A stretch of 64,000 nt of DNA from Monoglobaceae bacterium (GTDB lineage Bacteria > Bacillota > Clostridia > Monoglobales > Monoglobaceae). The notes beneath the pieces were generated by a model, which saw only the letters and a program-made list of their open reading frames with translations, was not told the origin of the DNA and did no database searches. Made by a program: the position numbers and the translations under genes. Positions 9,052 through 18,012 of this stretch are shown piece after piece; position 1 is the first letter of the stretch, and every line of letters starts with the position of its first letter. Where the stretch lies: the NCBI GenBank assembly GCA_045120135.1, contig JBGVEN010000017.1, forward strand, positions 12,278-76,277. The letters are read 5' to 3'.

Positions 9052-9969
9052 ATGTTTATAGTGTATATTCTGCTTATTCTGATTGTTGTTATTATTGCAA
9101 ACATTAAGATTGTTCCTCAGGCGCATGCCTATGTTATTGAAAGACTCGGAACTTACAGTGGAACCTGGAATGTGGGGCTACATGTGATGATTCCGTTTAT
9201 TGACCGGATTGCAAAAAGAGTTACGCTCAAGGAACAGGTTGTGGATTTTGCACCGCAGCCGGTTATCACCAAGGATAATGTAACTATGCAGATTGACACG
9301 GTGGTGTATTTCCAGATTACCGATCCGAAGCTTTATGCATATGGTGTTGAACTACCTATGTCGGCTATTGAAAATCTGACAGCTACCACGCTTAGAAACA
9401 TTATTGGTGATATGGAGCTTGATGAGAGCTTGACAAGCCGTGACGTTATTAACACAAAGATGCGTTCGATTCTTGACGAGGCGACCGACCCGTGGGGTAT
9501 CAAGGTTAACCGTGTTGAGCTTAAGAATATTATTCCGCCTGCCGGAATTCGCGAGGCGATGGAAAAGCAGATGAAGGCGGAGCGTGAACGCCGTGAGGCC
9601 ATTCTTCGTGCCGAGGGCGAAAAGAAGTCGGCAATTCTGGTTGCTGAGGGCGAAAAGGCGGCTGCAATTCTAGCGGCAGAAGCTGAAAAGGAATCGAGAA
9701 TTCTCAAGGCTGAAGCGGAAAAGGAATCGGCTATACGCATTGCTGAGGGTGAGGCACAGGCGATACTCAGTGTTCAAGAGGCTACGGCAAGCGGTATAAA
9801 AATGCTTAATGAAGCTGCGCCTCAGACTGCGGTTCTTACACTTAAGAGCCTTGAGGCGTTCCAGAAAGCGGCAGACGGCAAGGCTACAAAGATTATTATT
9901 CCGTCGGAAATTCAGGGCATTGCGGGACTTGCTGCTGGCCTTAAAGAGATTATTGAGGAGAACAAATAG
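9052..9969 (+). CDS. SPFH/Band-7 (stomatin/prohibitin-like) protein
   Basis: 305 aa with an N-terminal TM helix, an SPFH core and an Ala/Glu-rich coiled coil (AEGEKKSAILVAEGEKAAAILAAEAEKE). Confidence 0.85.
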   Translation: MFIVYILLILIVVIIANIKIVPQAHAYVIERLGTYSGTWNVGLHVMIPFIDRIAKRVTLKEQVVDFAPQPVITKDNVTMQIDTVVYFQITDPKLYAYGVELPMSAIENLTATTLRNIIGDMELDESLTSRDVINTKMRSILDEATDPWGIKVNRVELKNIIPPAGIREAMEKQMKAERERREAILRAEGEKKSAILVAEGEKAAAILAAEAEKESRILKAEAEKESAIRIAEGEAQAILSVQEATASGIKMLNEAAPQTAVLTLKSLEAFQKAADGKATKIIIPSEIQGIAGLAAGLKEIIEENK

Positions 9970-10014
9970 TTCTGCTAAAGATAAAATTCAGACAAAAGTT
10001 GGAGGAAGTAAAGT

Positions 10015-10761
10015 ATGTCAGGACATTCCAAATGGGCGACAATTAAGAGAAAGAAAGGCGCGCTCGACGCAAAAAGAGGCAAGCTTTTCACAAAGATAGG
10101 TCGTGAACTTGTGGTTGCGGTTAAGGAGGGCGGTCCCGACCCGGACAGCAACTCAAAGCTTCGTGATGCAATTGCAAAGGCAAAAGCAAACAATATGCCC
10201 AACGATACTATTCAGAGAAGTATCAAAAAGGCAGCAGGTGAGGACAGCGCAAAGGAATACTTTGAACTTGTATACGAGGGATATGGTCCCAGCGGTGTTG
10301 CGTTTATGGTTGAAACACTCAGCGACAACAAAAATCGTACAGCAGGTGATTTAAGACATTATTTCGACAAGTACGGCGGCAATCTCGGTCAGACGGGAAG
10401 CGTTGGATTTATGTTTGACCGCAAGGGTCAGCTTGTAATTGCCAAGGCTGACGGTATTGATGAGGATACCCTTATGATGGATGCTCTTGATGCAGGTGCA
10501 GAGGACTTCTCTGCTGAGGACGAGTGCTATGAGGTAACTTCAGCCCCTGAGGACTTCAGTAAGGTTCGTGAGGCATTGGAGGCAAAGGGTTATGAGTTTG
10601 AACAGGCGGAAATCAGCTATATTCCTCAAACCCTCACTCAGGTAGACGATGCCGATGCAGTTAAGAATCTTGAAAAGCTTATAGATATGCTTGAAGATAA
10701 CGACGATGTTCAGAACGTGTACCACACCTGGGATATGCCTGAGGATGATGAGGGAGAGTAG
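10015..10761 (+). CDS. yebC: YebC/PmpR-family transcriptional regulator
   Basis: 248 aa starting [27 protein letters not shown], the diagnostic N-terminus of the family. Confidence 0.9.
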   Translation: MSGHSKWATIKRKKGALDAKRGKLFTKIGRELVVAVKEGGPDPDSNSKLRDAIAKAKANNMPNDTIQRSIKKAAGEDSAKEYFELVYEGYGPSGVAFMVETLSDNKNRTAGDLRHYFDKYGGNLGQTGSVGFMFDRKGQLVIAKADGIDEDTLMMDALDAGAEDFSAEDECYEVTSAPEDFSKVREALEAKGYEFEQAEISYIPQTLTQVDDADAVKNLEKLIDMLEDNDDVQNVYHTWDMPEDDEGE

Positions 10762-10776
10762 ATTGAACAATTTCAA

Positions 10777-10808
10777 AGGACCAATCCGCAGAGGATTGGT
10801 CCTTTTTT
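10777..10808. terminator. Bidirectional intrinsic terminator
   Basis: Stem aggaccaatcc / ggattggtcct, loop gcag, then a T-run. Confidence 0.7.
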
Positions 10809-10811
10809 GCT

Positions 10812-11156
10812 TTATTCTACCGGTATAAGTGACGGGGCAGAGGTTTGTTTAGATGTGGAGTCGGAGACGGTATTGGAATTGGGTTGCTCAGGCTTTTTAG
10901 GTTGTGCATCTGTTTTTGGAGTTGTATTTGGTATTTGCATTCCGGCGTTATCGACGGTAAAGTTTTCTTTATAAATTAGTTGAGAGACCGGCACGATTTT
11001 ATAGCCGTCTTTTTGCAGGCTTTCGATTATGGACGGCAGGGCTTCGGGGGTATGCTTTGCGGCGTTGTGGAACAGGATAATTGAACCGGGTTTTACCTTT
11101 TTTAATACACGGTCGGTGATTTCGGTAGCGGTTAAATCCTTCCAATCGAGACTGTC
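10812..11156 (-). pseudogene. Polysaccharide deacetylase (NodB family), C-terminal 115 codons, separated from its 5' part by the island
   Basis: The minus frame reads (G)DSLDWKDLTATEITDRVLKKVKPGSIILFHNAAKHTPEALPSIIESLQKDGYKIVPVSQL...stop. These are NodB motifs DxxDW and LxH. There is no start codon or N-terminal catalytic motifs here. Confidence 0.85.
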
Positions 11157-11207
11157 CCCGATGGCAACAGCTTCAAGTGGTATTTTTGAAACAAAAAAAT
11201 AAAACTA

Positions 11208-11236
11208 TTGACAAAAAATAGTTTTTTGGATATACT
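11208..11236 (+). promoter_or_regulatory. Putative sigma-A promoter at the left edge of the island
   Basis: TTGACA, 17 nt, TATACT. Confidence 0.4.
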
Positions 11237-11242
11237 GATACA

Positions 11243-11258
11243 AATTGATACTAAAATA
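11243..11258 (+). repeat. 16-nt motif AATTGATACTAAAATA, copy 1, in the leader of the barnase gene
   Basis: Identical 16-mer at 12313-12328. The surrounding ~38 nt also share TGGATA and ATCAG blocks. Confidence 0.6.
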
Positions 11259-11376
11259 TATCAGAAAAATTAAGTAAAAATGAGTATTTGAATTTTTAAT
11301 ATAAATTTTTAAAAGTTGTCCGTTTTGTTCTTTTTGTTCGTGTATAATTATAATAAAAGAGAAACGGAGTGATTAA

Positions 11377-11961
11377 ATGGAATTTAATTTAGACCTAGAA
11401 ATAATAAAAATAAAAATGCAAATGTTATACGGAAAAAGATTCGATCCCGTAGTACAAGACAGTATTAAGTGGCATATGTGGAAGACAATAATAACTAACA
11501 CAACTTGTGCGGTTTGCTATGAAAAAAGCGGAACTATTTTCAATGAGGAGTATATGCTCGATGAATTTCCTCCATTGCATGAAAAATGTAGGTGCTTTAT
11601 TGTAAAAGCAAAGTCCATTTGTGCAGGAACAGCAACTATTGAGGGCTTATTAGGTGCTGATTACACAGTAAAAAATAGAAAAAAATTACCACAAAACTAC
11701 ATATCTAAAAAGGAAGCTAAAGCAAAAGGTTGGAAGTCATTACTTGGAAACTTGCGTATAGCTTTGCCGAAGGCAACAATTGGTGGTGATGTATATCAGA
11801 ATAAAGAGGGAAAACTACCACAAAAAGTAGGTAGAGTGTGGTATGAAGCGGATGTTAACTATTTGGGAGGATATAGGAATTCGCATCGTTTGATTTATTC
11901 AAATGATGGCTTGATATTTATTACATATGACCATTATCTTACATTTTATGAGATTATTTAA
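11377..11961 (+). CDS. Barnase-type ribonuclease toxin fused to the tail end of a phage MuF/SPP1-gp7-like domain
   Basis: The C-terminus YISKKEAKAKGW...GGDVYQNKEGKLPQKVGRVWYEADVNYLGGYRNSHRLIYSNDGLIFITYDHYLTFYEII aligns with barnase. Equivalents of K27, E73, R83, R87 and H102 are conserved. The N-terminus has the CxxC...HxxCRC end of MuF head-morphogenesis domains. Confidence 0.85.
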   Translation: MEFNLDLEIIKIKMQMLYGKRFDPVVQDSIKWHMWKTIITNTTCAVCYEKSGTIFNEEYMLDEFPPLHEKCRCFIVKAKSICAGTATIEGLLGADYTVKNRKKLPQNYISKKEAKAKGWKSLLGNLRIALPKATIGGDVYQNKEGKLPQKVGRVWYEADVNYLGGYRNSHRLIYSNDGLIFITYDHYLTFYEII

Positions 11962-11975
11962 AAGGAGTGAAAACA

Positions 11976-12275
11976 ATGGCGAAATACAAAATAAACCTGT
12001 CGGGGGCAAAGTCTGTATATGATATACATGAAAAAATACAAGAGGGCTTAAAATTTCCGGATTATTATGGAAAAAATCTTGATGCGTTATGGGATTGTCT
12101 TACCGATATGGACGCTCCTGTTGAAATCTATATATATGGAGCTGAGACGCTTGGAAAGGGAATGAGTGAACTTTTTACAGAGAGCATTATAAAAATATTT
12201 GATGAGGTAAAAGAATGGTTTGATGAAACCGGAGAAAAATTTGAATTCACGATATGTGAAGAAAAATATAATTAA
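11976..12275 (+). CDS. Barstar-family immunity protein
   Basis: FPDYYGKNLDALWDCLTD matches the barstar inhibitory helix (YYGENLDALWDCLTG). ATG at 11976 lies 8 nt after AGGAG, directly downstream of the barnase gene. Confidence 0.85.
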   Translation: MAKYKINLSGAKSVYDIHEKIQEGLKFPDYYGKNLDALWDCLTDMDAPVEIYIYGAETLGKGMSELFTESIIKIFDEVKEWFDETGEKFEFTICEEKYN

Positions 12276-12312
12276 GCTTATTAAAAAAATAATTTGGATA
12301 CAACTGCATCCG

Positions 12313-12328
12313 AATTGATACTAAAATA
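12313..12328 (+). repeat. 16-nt motif AATTGATACTAAAATA, copy 2, in the leader of the fic gene
   Basis: Identical to 11243-11258; lies 15 nt upstream of the fic start. Confidence 0.6.
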
Positions 12329-12342
12329 ATCAGGTGATTTAA

Positions 12343-13500
12343 ATGGAAATCAAAATATTTACAAAAATACTGAAAGATAAGTCCTTTGTTGATTACAAAA
12401 AAATGAAATATAAATATAGTGTGGAATTTGATGCATTTCTCAAAAACCTTGAGGAATTGTATTATAAGGAATTGCCTATTTTGGATTTTGACGACGAGAA
12501 TGTGGTTTTTATTGAAAATCATGCAAGGGTGAGCCAAAATACTGTAAAGCTGCTTTTGAGGGAGCAAAAACAAAATTACGGAATAAAGGCTGCAGAGGAA
12601 GAAATTATTGCAACATCGGCAATTGAAAGTATTGACTTCAGCCGTGACAGTGTGCGGAATATACTTAAAGGAATGGCGCCAAAGGATGAGAACGAAACTC
12701 GAATAATGGGACTTAAAAAGGGCCTCGAATTTATTGCAGACACGGACAATAAAATCAGTGAAGAAAACCTTTATAAGCTTTATATGATGACGGTGGGTGA
12801 TTTTCTAGAAAATCAGGATAGTTTGCCAAAAGGTAGCTTTTATAGGAATGATGCGGTTTATGTTGTGGGCGATAGTGTTGAGCATACAGGGCTTAGTGCG
12901 AAAAAAGTGCCGGAATTTATGAAAGCACTTATAGAATTTACAAATGCTGAGGATGACATAAACGAGCTTATAAAAGCGGCAATAATTCATTTTTATCTTG
13001 CATTTGTGCATCCGTATTTTGATGGCAACGGAAGAATGGCAAGGCTTTTACATTTATGGTTTTTGATTCAAAAGGGGTATCGGTCTGCCTTGTTTATTCC
13101 GTTTTCAAGCAGAATAGAAAAAAGCCGAAAGGCATATTATGATGCTTATATCCTTATTGAAGAGAACAAAAAGTATAGCGGCAAAATCGATGTTACTCCC
13201 TTTGTTTTGTATTTCATAGAAAATGTTTATGATAAAATGGGTGAGGGTAGTTCATCAACTGAAACCTTTGAGATATACGAAGGTGCATTAAAACAAGGCA
13301 AAATAACCGAAAAGGAAGCAAAGCTTTGGAAGTTTGTATTGTCGTATTACGGCACAGACGAATTTTCTACAAAACAGCTTGAGAAGGATTTTGGAAATGC
13401 AGCTTATGCCACCATTCGCAGTTTTGTTTTGAAATTTGAAGAGCTTGGGTTGCTGACTTCAACTAAATACGGAGCGAGAATTAAATACAGGATTTTATAA
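12343..13500 (+). CDS. Fic/DOC-family protein (probable AMPylase) with a C-terminal winged-helix-like region
   Basis: Canonical Fic motif HPYFDGNGRMARLL. Confidence 0.85.
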   Translation: MEIKIFTKILKDKSFVDYKKMKYKYSVEFDAFLKNLEELYYKELPILDFDDENVVFIENHARVSQNTVKLLLREQKQNYGIKAAEEEIIATSAIESIDFSRDSVRNILKGMAPKDENETRIMGLKKGLEFIADTDNKISEENLYKLYMMTVGDFLENQDSLPKGSFYRNDAVYVVGDSVEHTGLSAKKVPEFMKALIEFTNAEDDINELIKAAIIHFYLAFVHPYFDGNGRMARLLHLWFLIQKGYRSALFIPFSSRIEKSRKAYYDAYILIEENKKYSGKIDVTPFVLYFIENVYDKMGEGSSSTETFEIYEGALKQGKITEKEAKLWKFVLSYYGTDEFSTKQLEKDFGNAAYATIRSFVLKFEELGLLTSTKYGARIKYRIL

Positions 13501-13545
13501 TGCAATATAAAACAGGCTGCCTCAATAACGAGGCAGCCTGTTATG

Positions 13546-15207
13546 TTATGCGAGGGTTACATACAACACCAATTCCGTCATTGAGTCTATAAAGTCAAAA
13601 AAGTCCTTATCTTGGGATTTGATTTTGTCTTTTTCGCTTATAAACTTCAATAGTTTTTCTTCGGAAACATCGATATCAATAAAGCATTTTTTGTTGTTGG
13701 CTTTTCTAAGAACGGATGTTGGTATGCCTACATCTTCAATCTTTTTAGCAAGTTTTGTGGGTTTTGACAGCAATTCAATATTATCTGATCCCATAGTGGC
13801 AGCGTAGCTTTTTAACGCTTTGCCGAATTTTTTTGTTTCTATGTAATTGCCTTGTTCTTTGTCGCAGCAATCGCGAATAAAATTATGTATCAATTCGTCG
13901 AGTACGATTTCGTTATCCACATTCTGCTTTTCGCCGTGTATTATATGTAGACCATTTGCTGTTAAGCATAATTTTAGCCAGCCTATGTCTTCGGCGGTTA
14001 AAACTTTCAAGTCAAAATTTTCAATAGTGACGGTTTTGCAGGTTAAATTTTTGAAAAATTCATCCAGCTCCGTTTCATACTGAACAAGGGCAATCAAAGG
14101 ACTATACTCACCATTTGTATAAGGAATAAAGGGGTCTTCTTTTTCGGTTACCTTTCTTCCTTGCATAAGCTTTTTTACAGCGGAGTGGTTGATTTCTGAA
14201 AAATGCCTTTTGCTTACCATAACACTGTTTATTTGAAGAAGTGAATGGCTTGCATGGTCCAAGGTCAGACTTTCAATGAGCTTTTTCCCCTTTTTCTCAT
14301 AGATACTTGCAGAAGTTCTGTTATCGCAAAGTATTGATAACAGCTTTGCAAAATTTTGTTTCCCTTTACCGCATATATTCCATATGCATTTTGAGGATAA
14401 TTTTTCCACCAGCATTCTTGCAATAAGCTCGGAAATAAAGCTTAATGTATCAACTGAACCGCCTGTCATATCATGAAGAGCTTTCTTTATATTGTCTGAG
14501 GGCGCATGTGAGAAATATCCAAGACTAATGTATGAGTTGTATGATAATTCTTTTGTTGCATTTGAGTCGAATTTTGCAGTTCCCATAGCGGGGAGGTAGG
14601 ATAGTTTACCTTCGGCAAAATTAACCGAATATTCGTCAGCTTCAGTATCTGTTTGGGATTTACCCAATAGGCTTAAAAGCTCTTTTGCAAGGCTTGACTT
14701 TGCGGATTCACTTGCTACATAATGTCCTCTATTGTCCAAAACCAGGGATTCCATAAATTTATCAGTAAGAAGTTTTTGTCCAACATATATTCTTTTATCA
14801 TGGACGGATATGTTTTGTATATCGTCAAAAAACGGTAATAAAAATAAACCACACTGCCATTTGAAATTAAACAAAGCTTTGTAATATGGTGTGATTTCCA
14901 GTTGTGATAAATAAAGATACAGATTTTTGATTATACCTTCAATCAGGCCTTCTTGAAATGGAAGTCCCCCAAAGTATGCTTCGTGAAATCGTGACATGAT
15001 TTTGGTGGACATTTCCTCTGTGTCAATTTCAATATTTGTTCCCAAGCATCTTAGATTGTCACCCACCACATAAAAATATCTTTCGGGAGAATAAAGATAT
15101 GAATTCTGATTCCCGATATATTGATGCAGACAGTTTTGATAATTTGCAAGAGCATTTTTGATTGATATTCTGCGTGCTGTATCTAACATGTTTTCCTTTT
15201 GAAACAT
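13546..15207 (-). CDS. Hypothetical 553-aa protein; the C-terminal part loosely resembles phage/plasmid primase-helicase C-terminal regions, without an intact P-loop
   Basis: Long ORF convergent with fic. NICGKGKQNFAKLL occupies the place of a Walker A motif but is degenerate, and the tail NFIRDCCDKEQGNYIETKKFGKALKSYAA is reminiscent of P4/D5-type primase C-termini. The resemblance is weak. Confidence 0.3.
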   Translation of the reverse strand: MFQKENMLDTARRISIKNALANYQNCLHQYIGNQNSYLYSPERYFYVVGDNLRCLGTNIEIDTEEMSTKIMSRFHEAYFGGLPFQEGLIEGIIKNLYLYLSQLEITPYYKALFNFKWQCGLFLLPFFDDIQNISVHDKRIYVGQKLLTDKFMESLVLDNRGHYVASESAKSSLAKELLSLLGKSQTDTEADEYSVNFAEGKLSYLPAMGTAKFDSNATKELSYNSYISLGYFSHAPSDNIKKALHDMTGGSVDTLSFISELIARMLVEKLSSKCIWNICGKGKQNFAKLLSILCDNRTSASIYEKKGKKLIESLTLDHASHSLLQINSVMVSKRHFSEINHSAVKKLMQGRKVTEKEDPFIPYTNGEYSPLIALVQYETELDEFFKNLTCKTVTIENFDLKVLTAEDIGWLKLCLTANGLHIIHGEKQNVDNEIVLDELIHNFIRDCCDKEQGNYIETKKFGKALKSYAATMGSDNIELLSKPTKLAKKIEDVGIPTSVLRKANNKKCFIDIDVSEEKLLKFISEKDKIKSQDKDFFDFIDSMTELVLYVTLA

Positions 15208-15558
15208 ATAATCACCTTCCTTTTTGAGTATATCACATCCCTTGCCAAAAGTGTAGGAAAATTTGAAATATAGGAAAAATTTCTGTTTTCTATTGTAGAA
15301 TAGGCATAGATATATACAATATACTATTTAAAAAATATCCGTATATCTAGGAGTACTATAAGATATCATATATCACTTTCAAATAATGTGTAATGTTTTA
15401 CAATCACACTTACATATTATTAAAATGAAGGAGGTGATATATGTGGTTGTAACAAACACCTACATATCAAAAAACAAAAAAGACTACGAGCAAAAACGTA
15501 ATCTTATACATAGAAGATGCGTGCTGATACTTCGCTCAAGAAATGAGGGTAAGTAGTT

Positions 15559-17010
15559 ATGGACGCAATATACGCAAGACAGAGCCTTAATAAAAAAGAC
15601 AGCTTATCCATTGAAGGTCAAATTGACCTTTGCAAGAAACTTGCCGGAGAGGATGCGATTGTATTTAAGGACAAGGGTTTCTCCGGCAAGAACACAAAGA
15701 GACCTGCGTTTATGGAACTTATGGAGGCGGTTGAGGCAGGACAGGTGGAAAAGATTTATGTTTATCGCCTTGATCGATTCAGCCGCTCCATTTCGGATTT
15801 CAGCAGAATATGGGAGTTGCTTGAGAAGAATGGTACCCAGTTTCAGTCTGTTACCGAACAGTTTGATACATCAACGCCAATAGGAAGGGCGATGCTTAAT
15901 ATCGTTATGACCTTTGCGCAGCTTGAACGCGAGACAACGGCAGATCGTGTAAAGGATAATTATATACATCGTTTTGATTTGGGGGCGTGGCCGGGAGGCC
16001 CTGCACCCTATGGTTTTGACCTTAATAAAATAACAGATGCTTTTGGAAAGTCAGCATCTTCACTTTCAATAAATGCAGATGAAGCTGATGTAGTAAGGAG
16101 AATTTTTGAGCGGTATGCTGAAACCGGAACATCACTTCGCAGCGTCGCAAAAGAACTGATGGATGACAAAATCCATGGCCCAAAAAGAGAGGCATGGGAC
16201 AATGTGACCCTTTCAAGACTTTTGCACAGCCCCGTATACGTGAAAGCGAATGAGGATGTATATTGGCACTATATTTCCTTGGGACTTAATATTTCAAATG
16301 ACATATCAGCCTTCGATGGGATTCATGGATGCAATATTATGGGACAACGGGACAGGACAAGGAATAAGTATAATTCACTTGAAAACCAACGACTTGCCGT
16401 GGCGAACCATGAGGGATTTATAGATGCAAAGTTATGGCTTAATGTTCAGGAAAAGCTTTCTTCCAACAAGCAGATTTCTCTTGATAATGCCGGCAAATAC
16501 AGTTGGCTTACGGGGCTTTTAAAGTGTAAATGCTGTGGGTATGCGGTGAAAATAAATCACAGCAAGTCTGAAAATCGGATATATCTTATCTGTTCGGGCA
16601 AGTCAAATCTCAAGATATGCAACACAAAGATAAGTGTTGATATAAGAGAACTTGAAGCAACGGTTGAAAAGGAAATTGTAAAAGTTATAGATGAATGTTC
16701 TTTTGAAGATGCCGTAAACATGGATGCGGAAAGAGCAAGAGGAGTTCTTGATATAGAGCAAAGGATTGACCGCCTTGTAAATGCCTTGTCTGAGAGCAGT
16801 GAGGTGTCTGCCGCTTACATATCAAAGCAGATTGACAGACTTCACAAGGAACGGGAGAGTTTGCTGTCAGAAAAGGCACCAAAGCAAGGGGGAATTAAAA
16901 AGATAGATTTCCCCAAAGCGTCTTTTGAGGATAAAAAGCTTATAGCAGCCCAATTCATTGAAAAGATTTTGCTTGATGGCGAAAACGCAGAAATTATTTG
17001 GAAAATATAG
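15559..17010 (+). CDS. Large serine recombinase (LSR-1)
   Basis: 483 aa with the N-terminal resolvase catalytic domain (AIYARQSLNKKDSLSIEGQ, YVYRLDRFSRS), a recombinase domain, a Cys-rich zinc ribbon (CKCCGYAV...CSGK...C) and a coiled coil. Confidence 0.9.
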   Translation: MDAIYARQSLNKKDSLSIEGQIDLCKKLAGEDAIVFKDKGFSGKNTKRPAFMELMEAVEAGQVEKIYVYRLDRFSRSISDFSRIWELLEKNGTQFQSVTEQFDTSTPIGRAMLNIVMTFAQLERETTADRVKDNYIHRFDLGAWPGGPAPYGFDLNKITDAFGKSASSLSINADEADVVRRIFERYAETGTSLRSVAKELMDDKIHGPKREAWDNVTLSRLLHSPVYVKANEDVYWHYISLGLNISNDISAFDGIHGCNIMGQRDRTRNKYNSLENQRLAVANHEGFIDAKLWLNVQEKLSSNKQISLDNAGKYSWLTGLLKCKCCGYAVKINHSKSENRIYLICSGKSNLKICNTKISVDIRELEATVEKEIVKVIDECSFEDAVNMDAERARGVLDIEQRIDRLVNALSESSEVSAAYISKQIDRLHKERESLLSEKAPKQGGIKKIDFPKASFEDKKLIAAQFIEKILLDGENAEIIWKI

Positions 17011-17172
17011 CCTGATGATACTTAACGGTATCTGATGGCTTTATTTTTTATTCATTAACAAACGATATAACAATATAGTAAAATACAGGGCCCCGTGGGG
17101 AAGGATGTTGAATGCATTCTTCCCCGACTTGCGACCATAAATGGATAAATAATATATACAGGAGATGATAAA

Positions 17173-17661
17173 ATGGCAATATTAAAGATAGTAAACACTA
17201 AAGGTAAATACTATGATGAGTGTTCAAGGGAACAGGTTTTGGGATATATATTAAATCCTTATAAGACACCCAGTGGATATATTGGAAGCATAGAGATAAC
17301 AGGAGATAATTATGCTCAGGAAATGAATGATGTATCGGTAAGCTTTGGAAAGGTTGATGGAGTACAGCTGAGACATTTTATAATATCCTTTGAAAATTGG
17401 GAGGTAAAAGACCCAAAGATTGCGTATATGATAGGTCTTGATATAGCAAGATTCTTAGGTAGAGAATATCAGGCTGTGTTCAGTGTGCACGAAGATTCCG
17501 AGCAACTGCATATTCATTTGGTGATAAATTCTGTAAGTTTTATAGACGGACATAGGTACAGGGGGACAAGAGCAGAGTTTTATGGACTTAAAAATTATAT
17601 TAATGTGGTTATTGGCAGATTTGGTATTGCTCCGGTAAGGTATATATCAGATAAAGCATAA
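17173..17661 (+). CDS. Relaxase/mobilisation nuclease domain protein (short, domain only)
   Basis: HFIISFENWE ... YQAVFSVHEDSEQLHIHLVINSVSFIDGHRY matches the MobA/VirD2-type relaxase pattern with the HxH metal motif. Confidence 0.6.
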   Translation: MAILKIVNTKGKYYDECSREQVLGYILNPYKTPSGYIGSIEITGDNYAQEMNDVSVSFGKVDGVQLRHFIISFENWEVKDPKIAYMIGLDIARFLGREYQAVFSVHEDSEQLHIHLVINSVSFIDGHRYRGTRAEFYGLKNYINVVIGRFGIAPVRYISDKA

Positions 17662-17705
17662 TTTGTTTTTTACTTTCTTAACACAGAAATAAGGAGGTAT
17701 GCATT

Positions 17706-17888
17706 ATGCAATCAGAATATATCGAATTAATCACAATAGACGAGCTTTGTGAGCTTTTGATGATAGGTCGCACAACAGCATATAAGCTTTTGCAGTCACA
17801 TGAACTGAAAGCATTCAAAATAGGCAAGGTGTGGAAGATATCAAAAGCATCTGTGGAGGAGTACATAAAAATACGCAGTAACCTGTAG
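17706..17888 (+). CDS. Excisionase-family / MerR-like HTH DNA-binding protein
   Basis: 60 aa; ITIDELCELLMIGRTTAYKLLQSHELKAFKIGKVWKISKASVEEYI is the typical Xis-type HTH. Confidence 0.7.
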   Translation: MQSEYIELITIDELCELLMIGRTTAYKLLQSHELKAFKIGKVWKISKASVEEYIKIRSNL

Positions 17889-18012
17889 TGGGTTACTGCG
17901 TGTTGCGTTTATGCAATATTTCTCAAATTCACTTATATATTATCATTTTGTGTACATATACTGTGCATCCGATTTCAATCGGCAAATAGATAAAATATAG
18001 GAGGAAATTTAA

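Noticed and set aside
9333-9740. 135-aa minus-strand ORF, and the repetitive AEGEK/AEAEKE stretch as a possible tandem-repeat feature
   Set aside because: The ORF is the antisense shadow of the Ala/Glu-rich coiled coil of the SPFH protein. The repeat is normal for that family.
10812-10994. 60-aa ORF called as an independent gene
   Set aside because: The frame stays open upstream to 11156 and encodes NodB motifs, so it is the tail of the split deacetylase and not a separate gene.
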